Virus record (IMG/VR): IMGVR_UViG_3300045988_166055
Coordinates: 32,001 to 96,000 of that record
Reading direction: 5' to 3' (one strand)
Length of the DNA stretch: 64,000 nt
Origin: a virus
Positions 61,426 through 64,000 of this stretch are shown here, in pieces. Position numbers and translations under genes: made by a program. A model generated the notes under the pieces. It had not been told where the DNA came from. It saw nothing but the letters and a program-made list of their open reading frames with translations, and did not search any database. How positions within the stretch are numbered: the first letter of the stretch is position 1; the number at the start of each line of letters is the position of its first letter.

Positions 61426-62136
61426 ATGACTATGGATGAAGTAACTGCTCAAGTTGGATTCTTACTAGGCTTTCCTACTAACGAGAATGTAGAAGAGGTT
61501 GATCTAAGGCAAGCAGTATTGATTGCATTTAGAGAACTAAAAAGATACATTCGTCAGTCAGTGGAAAAGACTGTCCCGTTTCAAACTAGAATAGACTTGC
61601 TCAAGCAAGATATCCATACAAACAAAGTTCTCAATGTTCAAGCTGCCTATCCTAGAATAGGCCTTACAATGAGTAACATAGACAGTGGTAATGTTTTCCA
61701 GGTTGCTGCCGCTGTAAACGCCTATAGTACGATAGGCAACACAAGTTCAATCAACATAGATCCTATAATGTCTGAACTTGCAATGGCTCAAGTCCGTAAC
61801 ACAATTTCTACTGATTTTCAATGGAAATATGATCCGTATAATCAAGTAGTTTATGTTACGCACAGAGATCCATTACCTGCAATGGTAACTATACGATATG
61901 TTCCAGATTTGCAGGATGTATCAGAGATTCAAGGAACAACCTGGATTGACTACTTAGTCCGGATGAGCCTAGCATTCGCAAAAATATCGTTAGGCAGATC
62001 TCGGTCAAAATATACAATTGAGGGCTCTAATGTAACACTTGACGGTGATACACTTCTTCAAGAAGCTAACGCAGAGTTAGAAGCTATAAGAGGTGAACTT
62101 GAGCCTAAGAAAAGTAGACTTGTTGTTTTGAACTAA
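61426..62136 (+). CDS. hypothetical (probably structural) protein
   Basis: 236-aa ORF with a GAGGAGG RBS. Confidence 0.65.
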   Translation: MTMDEVTAQVGFLLGFPTNENVEEVDLRQAVLIAFRELKRYIRQSVEKTVPFQTRIDLLKQDIHTNKVLNVQAAYPRIGLTMSNIDSGNVFQVAAAVNAYSTIGNTSSINIDPIMSELAMAQVRNTISTDFQWKYDPYNQVVYVTHRDPLPAMVTIRYVPDLQDVSEIQGTTWIDYLVRMSLAFAKISLGRSRSKYTIEGSNVTLDGDTLLQEANAELEAIRGELEPKKSRLVVLN

Positions 62137-62161
62137 AATTTTATGAAAAGGAGTCTCTTAC

Positions 62162-62563
62162 ATGTTTGTTTCTAAGAAAAACACTAAGAAGGTAACTGCT
62201 AGCGACGATCTGGATACCGAAGTGATTGAGCCCGAAATGGATGAAGATGTTGTCGATGACACTCCTGATGCTGATGAAGATGTAAATGTTGCCCCTGAGG
62301 CAACTGATCTTCTATTTGAAGCAGAGGATGTAGCGCAGCTGGTTGCAGAAGTGACTGGTCAGCCTGTCGATGTTGACACAGCTGAAGATGGTAATTCTGT
62401 TGAATTCACTGTCGGTGAAGATGTTTTCACTGTTACTGCTGAAGGTGACGAGGAAGTTCTGGAAGCTGTTCGAAAGCCACTGAAGAAAAAGAAGCCTGTG
62501 TCTGCTTCTACTAATAGAAAGCCTGCTGGTAAGACCGTTCGCAAGCTGCCTAGCAAGAAGTAA
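62162..62563 (+). CDS. bipartite acidic/basic protein
   Basis: 133 aa with an AAGGAG RBS. The first ~100 aa are D/E/V-rich, and the tail 'RKPLKKKKPVSASTNRKPAGKTVRKLPSKK' is strongly basic. Confidence 0.6.
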   Translation: MFVSKKNTKKVTASDDLDTEVIEPEMDEDVVDDTPDADEDVNVAPEATDLLFEAEDVAQLVAEVTGQPVDVDTAEDGNSVEFTVGEDVFTVTAEGDEEVLEAVRKPLKKKKPVSASTNRKPAGKTVRKLPSKK

Positions 62564-62643
62564 GATAAATACTATGAAAAAAGAGCTGGTCGTGTCTTAT
62601 CAACATTGATCAGCTCTTTGATTTGTATGAAAGGATTGTTTGT

Positions 62644-63702
62644 ATGGAAAATGTAGAAGCTGGAATCATTGCTAAGCTACTTAAATCACTGCCCAAGTAC
62701 TTAGGCAACGGAATCAATGAGGTAGTTAAGAGAGGAATCAAAGTAGAAGAGTCCAAGCCAGTTGATGGAAAGAATTATGACAGTGGTATCATCTTCGTAG
62801 CTACAAGCGGAAAGGGCACTGTAATTAAGTGTAAGGTTGTACCCGTTCCTGAGAGAAAAGGTAGATTCAACATGTACATCAAGTCCAAGGATGGGAAGAA
62901 AGCATCGTATCCTTCTATAAGTCAAGATCAGATGGATGATAAGATCACTGAATTCTTTGATAAGTTTTATGGTGAAGCTTTTGAAGATGCAGATAACAAT
63001 GAAGATGATTTCAACATGGAAGAGTTCAATGAGGATGAAGACGCAAAGAATCAGTCAGCTGATAACGATGACGCAAGTTCTTCTTCAAAGTTATTCATGA
63101 AGCTGTCTAAAGTTACATCGGGAACAGATTTTCATGTCAATCTAGAGTCTGTTATGGCGAACTATAACACAGTTTCAGCTCTTGCAGATATGACTGCAGT
63201 TGTTAACAACGATGACTTTGTTTCTCTTCTAAGCGAAACTCCTAAATGTTATGAAGTTACAACAGTTGATGGACAACTAGATGTAGCTGATAGTGAAGAT
63301 ATGCCACAATTCAATCCATTTGCTGAACTGCTGAAGGGATATTATGTAGCTACGCTGAATCTAGATTATCTTTCAACGAACTACTCTGGTAGCTCTATGA
63401 ATAGATTAGATCCATATTACATGTCAAGCGACATAAGATATTGGATTCACAATATTGTAACTATAGCAAAGGTGTCAGGTTGCTGCACACCTAATCCCAT
63501 TGACCTTCTTCAAGGGCAAGTAGGAATTGTTTGCGATCAAAACCAGCAAGGATCTTGCTGTATGAAATCTGTTCTAGAAACATTGCTTGCAACAATTGAG
63601 CTATATTATGCAAATTTTTCTCATGACATACAATCTATTCTAGATGATAACATAATCCAGATTAAGACATATATCATGAATATAGGAGTTGCTCAATGTT
63701 AA
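62644..63702 (+). CDS. hypothetical protein
   Basis: ATG 62644 follows AAAGGA (the track start TTG 62623 is less likely). The N-terminus 'MENVEAGIIAKLLKSL' resembles the C-terminus of 52978..53355. Confidence 0.6.
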   Translation: MENVEAGIIAKLLKSLPKYLGNGINEVVKRGIKVEESKPVDGKNYDSGIIFVATSGKGTVIKCKVVPVPERKGRFNMYIKSKDGKKASYPSISQDQMDDKITEFFDKFYGEAFEDADNNEDDFNMEEFNEDEDAKNQSADNDDASSSSKLFMKLSKVTSGTDFHVNLESVMANYNTVSALADMTAVVNNDDFVSLLSETPKCYEVTTVDGQLDVADSEDMPQFNPFAELLKGYYVATLNLDYLSTNYSGSSMNRLDPYYMSSDIRYWIHNIVTIAKVSGCCTPNPIDLLQGQVGIVCDQNQQGSCCMKSVLETLLATIELYYANFSHDIQSILDDNIIQIKTYIMNIGVAQC

Positions 63703-63741
63703 GATAGTAATTCGTTTATTGCATAAAAGTATTTGAAAATT

Positions 63742-63790
63742 ACCTCCTTGAATCGTTATTGTATTTGATATACAATACCTTCAAGGAGGT
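63742..63790 (+). promoter_or_regulatory. hairpin pairing an anti-SD with the SD of the next gene
   Basis: ACCTCCTTGAA (63742-63752) is the perfect complement of TTCAAGGAGGT (63780-63790, which contains the GGAGG SD for ATG 63797). An inner stem ATTGTAT/ATACAAT lies within the loop. Confidence 0.6.
63751..63759 (+). promoter_or_regulatory. Motif A copy (AATCGTTAT)
   Basis: Exact 9-mer located between the two arms of the SD-sequestering hairpin. Confidence 0.4.
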
Positions 63791-63796
63791 TAAAAT

Positions 63797-64000
63797 ATGA
63801 AAACAGGAAATAGAACATATGGAAAACAATTTAGAACATATCAAGATTCTTCATGCGAAATCACAGATACTTCTATTCTTCACGAATACATAAATAATGG
63901 TTGTGGAGTAGTTACTCTTGAAAATCCTGAAACTAAAAAGTACAGAACATATGCTTTTAATCTTCCTAGATATGATAAGTTCAATGAACCTACCATCTTT
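63797..64000 (+). CDS. hypothetical protein (5' partial, runs off the window)
   Basis: ATG 63797 lies 7 nt after GGAGGT. The frame is open for 68 codons to the window end (MKTGNRTYGKQFRTYQDSSCEI...). Confidence 0.55.
   Translation, partial: MKTGNRTYGKQFRTYQDSSCEITDTSILHEYINNGCGVVTLENPETKKYRTYAFNLPRYDKFNEPTIF

Noticed and set aside
1-64000. tRNA genes, rRNA, CRISPR arrays, integrase/repressor lysogeny module, group I introns or inteins in nrdD, terL or the capsid gene
   Set aside because: Intergenic gaps are all under 180 nt, and none shows a tRNA cloverleaf or T-loop (GTTCRA) signature. I saw no repeat-spacer arrays and no recombinase motifs. nrdD, terL and the capsid gene read as uninterrupted ORFs with their motifs in the normal order.

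Overview
This is a 64-kb slice of a large, AT-rich, contractile-tailed (myovirus-type) dsDNA phage genome. I saw no cellular housekeeping genes, rRNA, tRNA, CRISPR array or integrase. About 100 tightly packed genes lie on the + strand and only one on the - strand. Most have strong GGAGG-type ribosome binding sites. From this, the class III (anaerobic) ribonucleotide reductase and the amidase/CHAP lysins, I infer an anaerobic Gram-positive (Firmicutes-like) host.

Layout:
- 0.1-1.3 kb: HNH endonuclease and a MazZ-N/DUF5664-like gene.
- 4.8-14.6 kb: packaging, neck and sheath block (putative TerS, TerL, a LigA-like BRCT protein, portal, neck proteins, tail sheath).
- 14.7-18.6 kb: accessory island with small ORFs, a HAD phosphatase and the single minus-strand gene.
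- 18.7 kb: tail tube.
- 19.3-32.7 kb: accessory and nucleotide-metabolism region (HNH-like, DUF932, NrdD, NrdG, two Lar-like zinc ribbons, dUTPase).
- 32.8-53 kb: tail and baseplate block (chaperone pair, tape measure, LysM proteins, M23-like protein, amidase, CHAP lysin, spike, gp25-like, baseplate J, gpI-like, fibre with a dockerin-like loop).
- 53.4-56.2 kb: head block (protease-scaffold, major capsid).
- 56.3-60.2 kb: island of endonuclease and zinc-ribbon genes.
- 60.3-63.7 kb: more structural-looking genes.

Most notable observations:
- A beta-helix ORF with no start codon sits in the -1 frame behind a small highly expressed gene (candidate recoding).
- A T6 run sits in the overlap of the two ORFs upstream of the tape measure (candidate +1 frameshift).
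- Two strand-specific intergenic motif families (AATCGTTAT-N6-TGTAGATA and GAACCTTGTATAC) partition accessory from structural gene blocks.
- A 36-nt perfect direct repeat brackets a 4.6-kb cassette that carries the Lar-like genes, with one Lar domain fused in frame to dUTPase.
- A LigA-shaped protein appears to lack the adenylation lysine.
- A canonical dockerin-type Ca-binding loop occurs in a distal tail protein.

All functional calls come from reading motifs by eye. No database search was possible.
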